Origin: an uncultured Prevotella sp. | Lineage (GTDB): Bacteria; Bacteroidota; Bacteroidia; Bacteroidales; Bacteroidaceae | Direction: 5' to 3' | DNA length: 64,000 nucleotides | Assembly (NCBI GenBank): GCA_944320105.1 | Contig: CALUGA010000010.1 | Location: 534-64,533 of the forward strand | Part shown: piece after piece, positions 1-9,653 of the stretch | How the letters are laid out: every line of letters starts with the position of its first letter | How positions within the stretch are numbered: position 1 is the stretch's first letter | The notes under the pieces: generated by a model | What the model was told of the DNA's origin: nothing | The model's database searches: none | Seen by the model: the letters and a program-made list of their open reading frames with translations, nothing else | Program-made: the position numbers and the translations under genes

Positions 1-463
1 ACTTCAGTATCTCCTCGGCATAGGTCACTTGGCTCAAGCCCAGCTTCTGGGCCACCTGCGGCCCCACCTGCGCCGTGTCGCCGTCGATGGCCTGCCGTCC
101 ACCTATCACGATGTCAACCCCGCCAATCTTCTTTATGGCCGTGGCCAGCGCGTAGGATGTGGCCAGCGTGTCGGCCCCGGCAAAGAGACGGTCGGTGAGC
201 AGCCATCCCGTGTCGGCCCCACGGTAGAGGCCCTGGCGTATTATCTCGGCAGCGCGCGGAGGCCCCATGGTGAGTATGCCCACGGTGGAGCCTGGGTTCT
301 GCTCCTTCAGGCGCAGGGCCTGCTCCAGCGCGTTGAGGTCTTCGGGGTTGAAGATGGCGGGCAGTGCGGCGCGGTTCACGGTGCCTTCTGCCGTCATGGC
401 GTCCTTCCCCACGTTTCTTGTGTCAGGAACTTGCTTGGCAAGTACAACGATTTTCAGTTTCAT
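1..463 (-). CDS. etfB: Electron transfer flavoprotein beta subunit (5' part; runs off the window edge)
   Basis: Hand translation of the minus strand from 463 gives MKLKIVVLAKQVPDTRNVGKDAMTAEGTVNRAALPAIFNPEDLNALEQALRLKE, with the ETF-beta KQVPD and NPxDxxALE motifs. Not in the ORF track because it is open at the edge. Confidence 0.92.
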   Translation of the reverse strand, partial: MKLKIVVLAKQVPDTRNVGKDAMTAEGTVNRAALPAIFNPEDLNALEQALRLKEQNPGSTVGILTMGPPRAAEIIRQGLYRGADTGWLLTDRLFAGADTLATSYALATAIKKIGGVDIVIGGRQAIDGDTAQVGPQVAQKLGLSQVTYAEEILK

Positions 464-635
464 ATCGGGTAAAATAGTTATTGTGATTCAGTGCGATTAG
501 TATGTGCTGCCGCCCGGATGAAAGCAGCCGACGGCAAAGTTAACTCTTTTTTCGGGTTGCGCCAAGGAAATGGGGATAAAAAAACTTGCGCCACGGCTCA
601 AAACCCTTGTCAATCGGCAAGGGGATGGGCAAGGG

Positions 636-1736
636 TCAGTCGGGCCACGGTTCAAACTCAAGGTAGCCCTCCACCCATTTCGCCCGGTGCATCTCGGCCT
701 CGGGCGAGGGGTTCGACACCGCGAGGCCCAGCAGCCTTATGGGGCGGCTGGCGGAGTAGTCCACCATGCCGAGCAGCCGCTTTGCCACTGGCAGTATCTC
801 GTCCTTGGTCTGCAGCAGGCCCTGCACGGTGATGCTGCGGGTTATCTGTGTAAAGTCGGCATACTTCACCTTGAGCGTCAGCGTGCGCCCCTCGAAACCG
901 TCCTTGGCTACGCGCGCCACAAGTTCCAGCACCGTATGGTAAAGTTCTATGAGCACCGCCGAGCGTGTGCTTATGTCGGTTTCGAGCGTATGCTCGCAGC
1001 CCACCGACTTCCTTACGTACTCTGTCTCCACGGGCCTGAGGTCGATGCCGCGGGCAAAGTCGTAGTATGTGCGCCCCATCTTGCCGAACATTTCGGTGAG
1101 GTGGCCCAGCGAGCACTTCCTTAGGTCGGCCCCGGTGAATATTCCCATGTAGTGCATGCGCTCGGCGGTGCGCGGCCCCACGCCCCAGAACTGCTCCACC
1201 TTAAGCCCCGCTATGAAGTCGGCGGCGCGGTCTGGATGAATCACCGTGAGGCCGTCGGGCTTGCGGTAGTCCGACGCTATCTTGGCCAGGAACTTGTTGT
1301 ACGACACTCCCGCCGAGGCCGTGAGGCTCAGTTCCGAGCGTATTCGCTGCCGAATCTCCCGCGCTATGTCCACGGCCAGCTCCGTGCCGCGCTTGTTGAT
1401 AGTGACGTCGAGGAAAGCCTCGTCTATCGACAGCGGCTCTATCAGGTCGGTGTAGTCGCTGAATATGGCCCTTACCTGCTGCGACACGGCCTTGTAAGCC
1501 TCGTGCCTGCCCTCCACAACCACGAGCTGCGGGCAGAGCCGCTTGGCCTTTGCCATGGCCATGGCCGACCTTACGCCGTAGCGGCGCGCCTCGTAGCTGG
1601 CCGTGGATACCACGCCTCGCGGCCCATCGTGGCCCACGGCCACGGGCAGCCCGCGCAGTTCGGGGCGGTCGCGCTGCTCCACGGAGGCGAAGAAGGCGTC
1701 CATGTCGATGTGGATTATCTTGCGCTGTTCGGTCAT
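636..1736 (-). CDS. dinB: DNA polymerase IV (Y-family)
   Basis: IIHIDMDAFFASVE, SYEARRYGV, SIDEAFLD and KIASDYRKPDG motifs. Confidence 0.96.
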   Translation of the reverse strand: MTEQRKIIHIDMDAFFASVEQRDRPELRGLPVAVGHDGPRGVVSTASYEARRYGVRSAMAMAKAKRLCPQLVVVEGRHEAYKAVSQQVRAIFSDYTDLIEPLSIDEAFLDVTINKRGTELAVDIAREIRQRIRSELSLTASAGVSYNKFLAKIASDYRKPDGLTVIHPDRAADFIAGLKVEQFWGVGPRTAERMHYMGIFTGADLRKCSLGHLTEMFGKMGRTYYDFARGIDLRPVETEYVRKSVGCEHTLETDISTRSAVLIELYHTVLELVARVAKDGFEGRTLTLKVKYADFTQITRSITVQGLLQTKDEILPVAKRLLGMVDYSASRPIRLLGLAVSNPSPEAEMHRAKWVEGYLEFEPWPD

Positions 1737-2296
1737 CTTTCAGTGCATACGGTGAACACGTAGCCCCGCGCGGTGTTGACGGTGGTGCTGAAGCAGGCTT
1801 GGCAGCCGCAGAGCACGGTCTTCAGGTCGCGCCTTATGCCCTCGCCGGTGAGCTTCAGCAGGCTCTCCTTCATCGTCCAAAGGCGCGTAAACTCCACCTC
1901 GGGCATGGCCGAAGCCTCCACCTGCTCCAGCTCCGCCGGGCTGAGCACGCGCCGCGACAGCTCCGCGTTGTAGTGCCTTATGCGCTCTATGTCGGCCCCT
2001 ATCGGTTCGGTGGCGATGGCGCAGATGACTGCCGCGGGGCAGTGGCTTAGGCTGAAATGGATGTCGGGCCGCCCCTTCAGGTAGGGCTTGCCTCCCTCGG
2101 CATATGCAAACTCCGGCGGCTCCGCCATGCCGTACTCAGCCTTAAGGCCCCGGCACAGCAGCAGGTAGGCAGCCGCGCTGAGGCGCCGGTCAAGCTCGCG
2201 GCGGTGGCCCAGGACTTGCTCGCGCCGCCATGCGGGGAGGCACCGCAGTGCCTCTTCGAGGCAGAAGGCGGCAATGTCGTCGTTGAGGTAGAGCAT
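1733..2296 (-). CDS. 4'-phosphopantetheinyl transferase (Sfp-like)
   Basis: GKP, FSLSH, IGADIE and WTMKESLLKLTGEG motifs; 4-nt overlap with dinB. Confidence 0.88.
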   Translation of the reverse strand: MLYLNDDIAAFCLEEALRCLPAWRREQVLGHRRELDRRLSAAAYLLLCRGLKAEYGMAEPPEFAYAEGGKPYLKGRPDIHFSLSHCPAAVICAIATEPIGADIERIRHYNAELSRRVLSPAELEQVEASAMPEVEFTRLWTMKESLLKLTGEGIRRDLKTVLCGCQACFSTTVNTARGYVFTVCTER

Positions 2297-2299
2297 TGG

Positions 2300-3727
2300 C
2301 TATTGCTGGGAGGGGTGGGAGTTTTGGGAGCTTTGGGAAATCTGGGTGGGCTGGGAGTCCTGTGAAGGCTGCGCCATAAGCTCCTCGGTGGGCTTGGGAA
2401 TCTTGCGGTTAGGGTTCTCCTTGGCCCCAAGCTCCACAAGCTCGCGCCCCTTCTTCACCACGCTCTGGTTGCCGGTGAGCAGCTTGTTGCCCGCAAAGTC
2501 GTAAGCCTTGCGCGCCTTTTCGAGCGTGTCGCCAAGGTCGCTGAACCGCTTGGCGAAGTCGCCGAGGCGGTCGAGCAGCTGCTCCGCCAGTCCGAACACG
2601 CGCTCCTGGTTCTCCGCCTGCTGGTTCTGCACCCATGCAATGTGGATGATGTGCAGTATGCCGAGCAGGTTTTGCTCGCCCGTCACGAACACCTTGCGCT
2701 CAAAGGCGTCGCGCCAGAGCGTTGGGTCGTTGGCCAGGGCGAGCTGCAGCGACGACTCGAACGGCACGAACATTATAACGAAGTCCACCGCCTTGCGCGG
2801 TGCCTTGACGTAGCGGCTGTAGTCCTTTCGGGCCAGCTCCGTCACGTGCTGCCTCAGGCTCTTTATGTGCTCTTGCAGGCATCGCTCCTTTTCCTCGGGG
2901 CTTTCGGCGTTTACGTAGCGTTCGTAGGCCACGAGCGACACTTTCGAGTCGATTATCGCGTCCTGCCCCTGCGGGTAGTGCAGTATCACGTCGGGCTGCA
3001 TCTCGCGCCCCGTGTCGTCGTTCTTCAGTGCGCGGCCGTTCTCGTCGCGCAGGCGCGCCTGCACCTCATAGTGAATCCCCTCGGTAAGGCCCTGCGAGGC
3101 GAGCAGGTCGCCAAGGATTATCTCGCCCATGTTTCCGGCGGCCTTGTTGTCGCGCCTGAGCACGTTGGCCAGGCTCTCGGCCTTCTCGCCTATGGCTCTG
3201 TTGCTCTCCACCATCATCTTTATCTGCTCGCGCAGCGAGGCCGAGTTGCGCTCGGAGTCCTTCATGCTCTCGCCTATGGCGCGGCGCATCTCGCTGATGG
3301 CCTCGCGCAGCGGCTGCGTTACGTGGCCCATGCTCTCGGCGTTTTCCTCCTTCAGCCGGCCCGCGTTCTGCTCAAGCAGTTCGCGCGCCACGTTGGTCAT
3401 CTGCTCCCGGGCCGTGCGCAGCTGCTCCTCAAACTGCCGCTCGTGAGCCTTGGCTGCCTCCTCGGCCTGGCGGCGCAGCAGCTCTATCTCCCGCGCCTGC
3501 GCCTCAGCCCGTGCTCCCGTGGCCCGTGCCTCGGCCTCGGCCTTCGCCAGCCGTTCGTTGGCCTCGGCCAGCTGCCCGGCAGTGAGGCGCAGCTCGGTGG
3601 CCTGCTGCCCGTTCTCCACTTGCAGCCGGGCGTTTTCCCTGCGCCCTGCCGCGAGCCGCCTGCCCATGGCCCATGCGGCTGCCGCTGCGCCTATGATGGC
3701 TGCTGCCAATATATATATAATGTGCAT
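2300..3727 (-). CDS. rmuC: DNA recombination protein RmuC
   Basis: N-terminal TM helix, coiled coil, GNMGEIIL, PDVILHYP, IIDSKVSL and DFVIMFVPFE. Confidence 0.93.
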   Translation of the reverse strand: MHIIYILAAAIIGAAAAAWAMGRRLAAGRRENARLQVENGQQATELRLTAGQLAEANERLAKAEAEARATGARAEAQAREIELLRRQAEEAAKAHERQFEEQLRTAREQMTNVARELLEQNAGRLKEENAESMGHVTQPLREAISEMRRAIGESMKDSERNSASLREQIKMMVESNRAIGEKAESLANVLRRDNKAAGNMGEIILGDLLASQGLTEGIHYEVQARLRDENGRALKNDDTGREMQPDVILHYPQGQDAIIDSKVSLVAYERYVNAESPEEKERCLQEHIKSLRQHVTELARKDYSRYVKAPRKAVDFVIMFVPFESSLQLALANDPTLWRDAFERKVFVTGEQNLLGILHIIHIAWVQNQQAENQERVFGLAEQLLDRLGDFAKRFSDLGDTLEKARKAYDFAGNKLLTGNQSVVKKGRELVELGAKENPNRKIPKPTEELMAQPSQDSQPTQISQSSQNSHPSQQ

Positions 3728-3844
3728 TGCAGTATTGTTTTGGTTGGTGCAAAGTTAGCTATTTTGGCCGAAACGGCAAGCGGCGGCGCGCCAATAAATC
3801 TTTACTTTACGCGCCGCCAAGGGCAGGGATGGCTTCAGTCCTTT

Positions 3845-3986
3845 GCAAAACATGCCGTTTTGCACTGCGGAACAGGCCGTTTGGCCCTGCAAAACGGCCT
3901 GTTTCAGACGGCCAAACAGACCGTTTTGCAACTCGTTGTCAGTCAGGCGGTTGCGCGGAATGCCCGATTTTGCGAAAAAGTTTTAC
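3845..3986. repeat. 22-bp-period array element, copy 1
   Basis: Units caaaacatgccgttttgcactg / cggaacaggccgtttggccctg / caaaacggcctgtttcagacgg / ccaaacagaccgttttgcaact, followed by the tail gcgaaaaagttttac. Confidence 0.75.
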
Positions 3987-4147
3987 GTTTGCGGCCTTGG
4001 CGGCGGTGCCTGCCTTGGTGGCGGTGCGGGCGGCATTTGTGATGAATCATGGCGTTTTTATGGCCGTTTCTTTCGCTCGTTAACCAGAAATTAGTAATTT
4101 TGCAATTGTTTGTAAGCAAATGACAAGATTTAATTACTAATATAGTT

Positions 4148-5596
4148 ATGGTAACGTTTTGTTTGAGTATGGTGGCCCTTGTGGTGGGCTACCTTGTGTA
4201 TGGCCGCGTGGTGGAGCGCATCTTCGCCCCCGACGGGCGGCCCACCCCCGCAGTGAGCATGGCCGACGGCGTAGACTACGTGGTGCTGCCGGGATGGAAG
4301 ATTTTCATGATCCAGTTTCTCAACATCGCCGGCACTGGCCCCATCTTCGGCGCGATAATGGGTGCCAAGTTCGGCCCGTCGGCCTACCTGTGGATTGTGC
4401 TGGGCTGCATCTTCGCCGGGGCCGTTCACGACTACCTGAGCGGCATGCTCTCCGTGCGCCACGGCGGGGCGGGCCTGCCCGAGCTTGTGGGCCGCTACCT
4501 GGGCCAGCGCACCAAGAAGGTGATGCTCGTTTTCTCCGTGTTCCTGCTCCTCATGGTGGGCGCGGTGTTCGTTTACAGCCCTGCGCTCATACTGGGCAAG
4601 CTCTGCGGCGACGGCCTTACGTGGGTCTACGTATGGTGCATCATCATCTTTGCCTACTACTTTTTGGCCACCATGCTGCCCATCGACAAGATAATAGGGC
4701 GCATCTACCCGCTCTTCGCCGTTGCCATGCTCTTCATGGCCGTGGCGCTGATGGTGGTGCTGGTAGTGAAGTGGCCGTCGCTGCCCGAGCTTACCGACGG
4801 GCTGGCCAACATGAGCCCTGCCGCCGGCCCCATCTTCCCGTGCCTGTTCATCACCATAGCCTGCGGGGCCATCAGCGGTTTCCACGCCACGCAAAGCCCG
4901 CTCATGGCGCGCTGCATGAAGAGCGAGCGGCAGGGGCGTCCCCTGTTCTACGGAGCCATGATAACCGAGGGCGTGGTGGCGCTGATATGGGCCACGGTGT
5001 CGATGTACTTCTTCTACGGCGGAGCCGCACAGGAGCTGGGCTTGCCCGCCACGCTTCAGGCCCCCGAGGTGGTAACGGAGGTGTCGCAGGGCTGGTTGGG
5101 CCTCTTTGGTGGCGCGCTGGCCATACTCGGTGTGGTGGCCGCCCCGATAACGAGCGGCGACACTGCCCTGCGCAGCGCGCGCCTCATCATTGCCGAGTTC
5201 CTGCACATGGAGCAGCACTCCATACGCCGCCGCATATACATATGTGTGCCGGTGTTCGCCGCCACGCTGGCCCTGCTGTGGTTTAACATTGCCGACGAGG
5301 ACGGCTTCAACGTGATTTGGAACTACTTTGGCTGGGCCAACCAGACGCTGGCCGTGTTCACCCTGTGGACCCTCACGGTCTACCTCGTGCGCCGCAAGAA
5401 GCCGTTTGCGGTGACGCTGTTGCCCGCCATGTTCATGACGGCTGTCTGCACGTCGTTCCTGCTCATCTCGGGCAACGCCTTCGGCCTGCCCACGGTGGTG
5501 GGCTACGTGGCCGCCGTGCTGGCCTTCATCATCTCCGGCCTGCTCTTCGCCCTGTGGTACAGGGGCTGGAAGGCGCGCAGCGGAGCGGGGGAGTGA
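4148..5596 (+). CDS. cstA: Carbon starvation protein A family transporter
   Basis: DGVDYV, IQFLNIAGTGPIFG and TIACGAISGFHATQSP motifs; many TM helices; TAATTTTG promoter box upstream. Confidence 0.94.
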   Translation: MVTFCLSMVALVVGYLVYGRVVERIFAPDGRPTPAVSMADGVDYVVLPGWKIFMIQFLNIAGTGPIFGAIMGAKFGPSAYLWIVLGCIFAGAVHDYLSGMLSVRHGGAGLPELVGRYLGQRTKKVMLVFSVFLLLMVGAVFVYSPALILGKLCGDGLTWVYVWCIIIFAYYFLATMLPIDKIIGRIYPLFAVAMLFMAVALMVVLVVKWPSLPELTDGLANMSPAAGPIFPCLFITIACGAISGFHATQSPLMARCMKSERQGRPLFYGAMITEGVVALIWATVSMYFFYGGAAQELGLPATLQAPEVVTEVSQGWLGLFGGALAILGVVAAPITSGDTALRSARLIIAEFLHMEQHSIRRRIYICVPVFAATLALLWFNIADEDGFNVIWNYFGWANQTLAVFTLWTLTVYLVRRKKPFAVTLLPAMFMTAVCTSFLLISGNAFGLPTVVGYVAAVLAFIISGLLFALWYRGWKARSGAGE

Positions 5597-5687
5597 GTGG
5601 TGGCGTTCGTTCTTGCCTTATGACAAGGGAGTAAGACAGTTTGGGCCATATATCCCTCATGTACCAGTTGGGTGGATATTACCACTG

Positions 5688-5775
5688 CTTGTAGATACGC
5701 TATTCATTGCGTCTGACGCATAATGTGCTTTGTTTGGATTGCAGCTGCAAACGCGATGAATAGCGTATCTACAAG
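5688..5775. repeat. Inverted pair of GTAG-type REP palindromes (REPIN-like)
   Basis: cttgtagatacgctattcat ... atgaatagcgtatctacaag is a perfect 20-bp inverted repeat. Confidence 0.75.
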
Positions 5776-6013
5776 TTAAAAATACAGAATGTGTAATTCA
5801 AATGACCGGGTGGAGTGAAGCAGTCTGAGGAGTGTGAGCGACTGTGTAAGCAACGGCTGTGATTTGTGGATTTCCCTATTGAAATGCACAAATAAATCAC
5901 TTTATTGGAGTGGAACAGGCTAATAGGTGAAAATAAAGTGGTATCTTTGCATCAAAATGAACGCTCAACAATTCTTTGGGATTTGAGATTTGTTTCATCG
6001 TCTTAGCGTATAT

Positions 6014-7114
6014 ATGAAAAGGAATATATCAATATGGCAAGAATTCTGTTATGACTTGATTGAGGCTCGGAAAGGCGATGTGTTGGAAGAGCCGTATCAA
6101 AACATAGTAGAGTCGAACCTGAGGCAACTTGGCTGGAGCAAGGTGCAAGGGGAGATATGCCCTAAAGAGCGGATAAATGTAGGCTCTCACAATCAAGTTG
6201 AGCCAGACATAACCATGAAACTTGATGGTGAAGCCGTCTTTGTAATAGAGTTGAAGCGTCCGCGGAACGTCATGACTTCGCGTCAAGAGCAACAGCTACT
6301 TTCATATATGCGTTTGCGTAAAATATCTTTTGGCTTGTACATCGGGCATGACATACGGCTGTATTATGATTGCAACGCGGATTTTCCAATGTTGGTTTGG
6401 AATACTGAGATTGACCTGAATGCCCAGTGTGGTGCTGAATTTGTGGATTTTTTCTCGCGCGACACATTCAATAGGCAACGGATTGAGAATTTTTGTTTGG
6501 CAAAGGCTAAAGATATAAGAACGAAAGAAACCATGGCAAATTTTAGACAAGCACTATAAAAAGACCAAGATTTGACAATAAAGCGTGTTTTGATTGACTA
6601 TTTTGTTGAATTGAAGCAATGTGACAAGGAGTTGGTAAGCGAGATGCTTCAGAATCTTCATTTCTCGTTGCAGGATGCCACAATAGAAGGTGCGCAGCCG
6701 GTAAGTTCATCGGGTGTTGTCATTGCTCAGTCGTCAAGAGACAGTAAAAAGCGTGATGTTACAAAATATTCTTTAGACGGGGGCAAGAGCTTTTATGGCA
6801 AGGGGAGGTTTGTTCGTGAAGTGGTTGCGCGTTTCATTGCACAAAATCCATCGCTAACTTTCGGGCAACTATTGCAAGTGTTTCCTGCATATTTGCAAGG
6901 CTCGTATGGCGTAATTAGGAGTATTGAAAGTCTTGAAAGTTCTACGCAAAACACGAAAGACTTGGCCTCCCGTTATGCAATGGCGGAAAACAAGATACTT
7001 ATTAGTTCTGATGGTGTTAGGTTTGCCGTGTCTACTCAATGGGGAGCATACAACTTTATAAACATCCTTAATCTATTGGAGAAGTGGGGATGGAGCATTG
7101 TCATGAATAAGTGA
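6014..7114 (+). pseudogene. HsdR N-terminal-like PD-(D/E)XK nuclease with C-terminal domain, split by an in-frame TAA at 6557-6559
   Basis: PDITM...VIELKRP...QLLSY motif. ORFs 5990..6559 and 6572..7114 are in the same frame: CTA TAA AAA GAC CAA GAT TTG. AT-rich. Confidence 0.7.
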
Positions 7115-7518
7115 TGAAAAATAAACAGGGGAAATCGCATAAAATAATTCCGTTGAAGTCGCTTTGTGATTTCATGGGAGAGAAAGAGATAAGTTTGAAG
7201 CAGGCTAATGTCCAAGAAAACCTTGAATTTTTGAGAGAATATAATGAGGACAACAATATAGGCTTGGCTGATGATTTCTTGATAAAAGTTGCGCGCTCAT
7301 TTTCCAAGTGGGAATATAGGCGTGTATTTACATTGGATTGCTCATATGAAACTTTCCGCGAAAAAGAGATATGGATGGATTATGATGAAATGTTGGAAAT
7401 GTATTTGGGAGCTATGGTGAATCCAGGGAAGAAAGAGGCTTGGTGGAATGAAAATCATTACAAGTATTTCATGGAAAATATCCTTCCAAGGATTGGTAAG
7501 ATTAAATATAAAAAATGA
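7111..7518 (+). CDS. Hypothetical protein (AT-rich, 135 aa)
   Basis: Start overlaps the upstream stop (GTGATG); line 7441-7500 has 20/60 GC; no motif recognised. Confidence 0.65.
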   Translation: MMKNKQGKSHKIIPLKSLCDFMGEKEISLKQANVQENLEFLREYNEDNNIGLADDFLIKVARSFSKWEYRRVFTLDCSYETFREKEIWMDYDEMLEMYLGAMVNPGKKEAWWNENHYKYFMENILPRIGKIKYKK

Positions 7519-7634
7519 GTCTTGTGTTCTGGCGGGTTTTAATTCACAAATGATTGCACTACGCCACAATGTTGGCATTTTTATTTTCTTTACTTTTAGT
7601 CAAGCCAGTATTCCCTTGGCTTGGGCATATCCTG

Positions 7635-8402
7635 CTAAGCCCCGTTGTAGGCAAGCACTGCGAGGTGGCTTTTCAATGATGATATTTCGGCCTCGGCAAT
7701 GAGCTTTTGGAACGGCGTGGGGTCGGTGTGTGAGGCTTCGAGCGCGGAGTAATATGCCCGGCGCGTGTCGTCGTCTCCCTTGAGGTTCACGATGGTGTAG
7801 CCGTGGCGCAAGAGGTAGAGGTTCATGAGCAGACGTGAGGTGCGCCCGTTGCCATCGATGAACGGGTGGATGCGTACCAGCGTTTCGTGCAGGTAGGCGG
7901 CGATGAGCACCGGGTGCTCGCCCCTGGCCTCCATTTCCGAGAAGCGCAGGATGAAGTCCTCCATCAGCTTGCCTAACAGATACGGCTGCGGCGGCACGTG
8001 GGTGCTTCCGCTTATCCTCACCGGCACCGTTCTGTATCGCCCGGCGTTCTCGCGGTTGATGCCGTGCAGGACAAGGGCGTGGATTTCCTTGATGGTCCTT
8101 TCGCTTATCTCGATGCCGCTCTTGGCGAAGTCGCGGATGTAGTCCACCGCCTCGGCGTGGTTTATCGCCTCCAAGTGTTCGCGCATCGACTTCCCGGCGA
8201 TCGTCATGCCCTCGTTAACCACCAGCTCCGTTTCCTGCAGCGTGAGCGTGTTGCCCTCGATGCGGTTGCTTTCGTATGTGTAATCAATGTTGTAGGCTTC
8301 CTCAATCTTCTTAAGCGCATCTACGGGCAGTGGGCGCAAGGTGGAGAGCTTGGCCTTGAGCTTGTCGCATTCATGCAAAAGTGATGATATTTCTGGGTTC
8401 AT
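7635..8402 (-). CDS. Fic-domain protein (class II, N-terminal inhibitory helix)
   Basis: Catalytic HPFIDGNGRTSR motif and SNRIEG matching (S/T)xxxE(G/N). Confidence 0.93.
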   Translation of the reverse strand: MNPEISSLLHECDKLKAKLSTLRPLPVDALKKIEEAYNIDYTYESNRIEGNTLTLQETELVVNEGMTIAGKSMREHLEAINHAEAVDYIRDFAKSGIEISERTIKEIHALVLHGINRENAGRYRTVPVRISGSTHVPPQPYLLGKLMEDFILRFSEMEARGEHPVLIAAYLHETLVRIHPFIDGNGRTSRLLMNLYLLRHGYTIVNLKGDDDTRRAYYSALEASHTDPTPFQKLIAEAEISSLKSHLAVLAYNGA

Positions 8403-8528
8403 GCTCTATTCCTTTCTTTCCAATGTAAACAATAAGGATTTTTTTATGCTCACTCCCGGTCTATGCGTGGTTTCCTTGTAGTTGTGGCATTGACTGCGAA
8501 GTAGTAGGGCTTCATTGCCCAGTGCTTG

Positions 8529-9653
8529 CTACGCCTTCCCCTTTCTCAGCATCCCCACCATTATCCTTGCTGCGTTGGCCGGCGCGCCTTGCTTGCCAAG
8601 GCGGCGGCGTACCTCGGCGTAGCCGTCGAGCATAGGTTGGCGGCCCTTGCCGCCGGGCAGTATGGCCGTGAGGGCTGCGCGCATGTTGGCCACGGAGAAC
8701 GTGTCGGCCACAAGCTCTGGCACCACCTCGCGCCCGGCGATGAGGTTTACGAGCGAGATGTACTTCACCTTTAAAATATGGCGGCGCAGGAAGGCTATGA
8801 CTTTGGGGATGGGAGTCTTGTAGCACACGGCCTGCGGAACGCCGAAGAGAGCCGTTTCGAGCGTGGCTGTGCCGCTGGTTACGAGAGCGGCCGAGGCATG
8901 GGCGAGCAGGGGATAAGTCTGGTTGTAGACCACGGCTACGCCCGAGCCGGCAAGGAACGGCTCGTAGTAGGCCGGCTCTATGCCCGGGGCTGCGGCCAGC
9001 ACGGGCTGGTAGGCGGGGAAGGCGGCAGCCGCTTCGATCATGGCGGGCAGGTTGTCTTTAATCTCCTGGCGGCGCGAGCCGGCCAGCAGCGCGATTATGG
9101 GTCGCCCGTAGTCGGCTAAGGAACCGTCGTACTTGGCGCGGAACTCAGCCACTTCGTCGGCCGTGGGGTTGCCCACGTAGTGTATGGGGAAGTGGTGGCG
9201 GCCTTCGTAGAAGTCGGTCTCGAAGGGCAAGATGCAGAACATCTCGCTGACGTCGCGCTTGATGTTCTTTATGCGGTACTCCTTCCATGCCCATATCTTT
9301 GGCGAGATGTAGTAGTAGACAGGCAGGCCGAGGCGGGCGCGCACGTACTTGGCAATGCTGAGGTTGAAGCCCGGGTAGTCGATGAGTATCACAGCGTCGG
9401 GCCGCCACAGGGCAATGTCGCGCTTGCACGAGCGCATATTGCCGAGGATGGTGGGCAGGTGGAGCAGCACGGGTATGAAGCCCATGTAGGCCAGCTCGCG
9501 GTAGTGGCGCACACGGGTGCCGCCGACGGCGGCCATGAGGTCGCCGCCGAAGAAGCGGAATTCGGCCTCGGGGTCTTCGGCCTTGATGGCCTGCATGAGT
9601 CTTGAGGCATGGAGGTCGCCGCTCGCCTCGCCTGCAATGAGATAGTATTTCAT
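8529..9653 (-). CDS. lpxB: Lipid-A-disaccharide synthase
   Basis: IAGEASGDLH, IDYPGFN, SPKIWAW and SGTATLE motifs. Confidence 0.96.
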   Translation of the reverse strand: MKYYLIAGEASGDLHASRLMQAIKAEDPEAEFRFFGGDLMAAVGGTRVRHYRELAYMGFIPVLLHLPTILGNMRSCKRDIALWRPDAVILIDYPGFNLSIAKYVRARLGLPVYYYISPKIWAWKEYRIKNIKRDVSEMFCILPFETDFYEGRHHFPIHYVGNPTADEVAEFRAKYDGSLADYGRPIIALLAGSRRQEIKDNLPAMIEAAAAFPAYQPVLAAAPGIEPAYYEPFLAGSGVAVVYNQTYPLLAHASAALVTSGTATLETALFGVPQAVCYKTPIPKVIAFLRRHILKVKYISLVNLIAGREVVPELVADTFSVANMRAALTAILPGGKGRQPMLDGYAEVRRRLGKQGAPANAARIMVGMLRKGKA

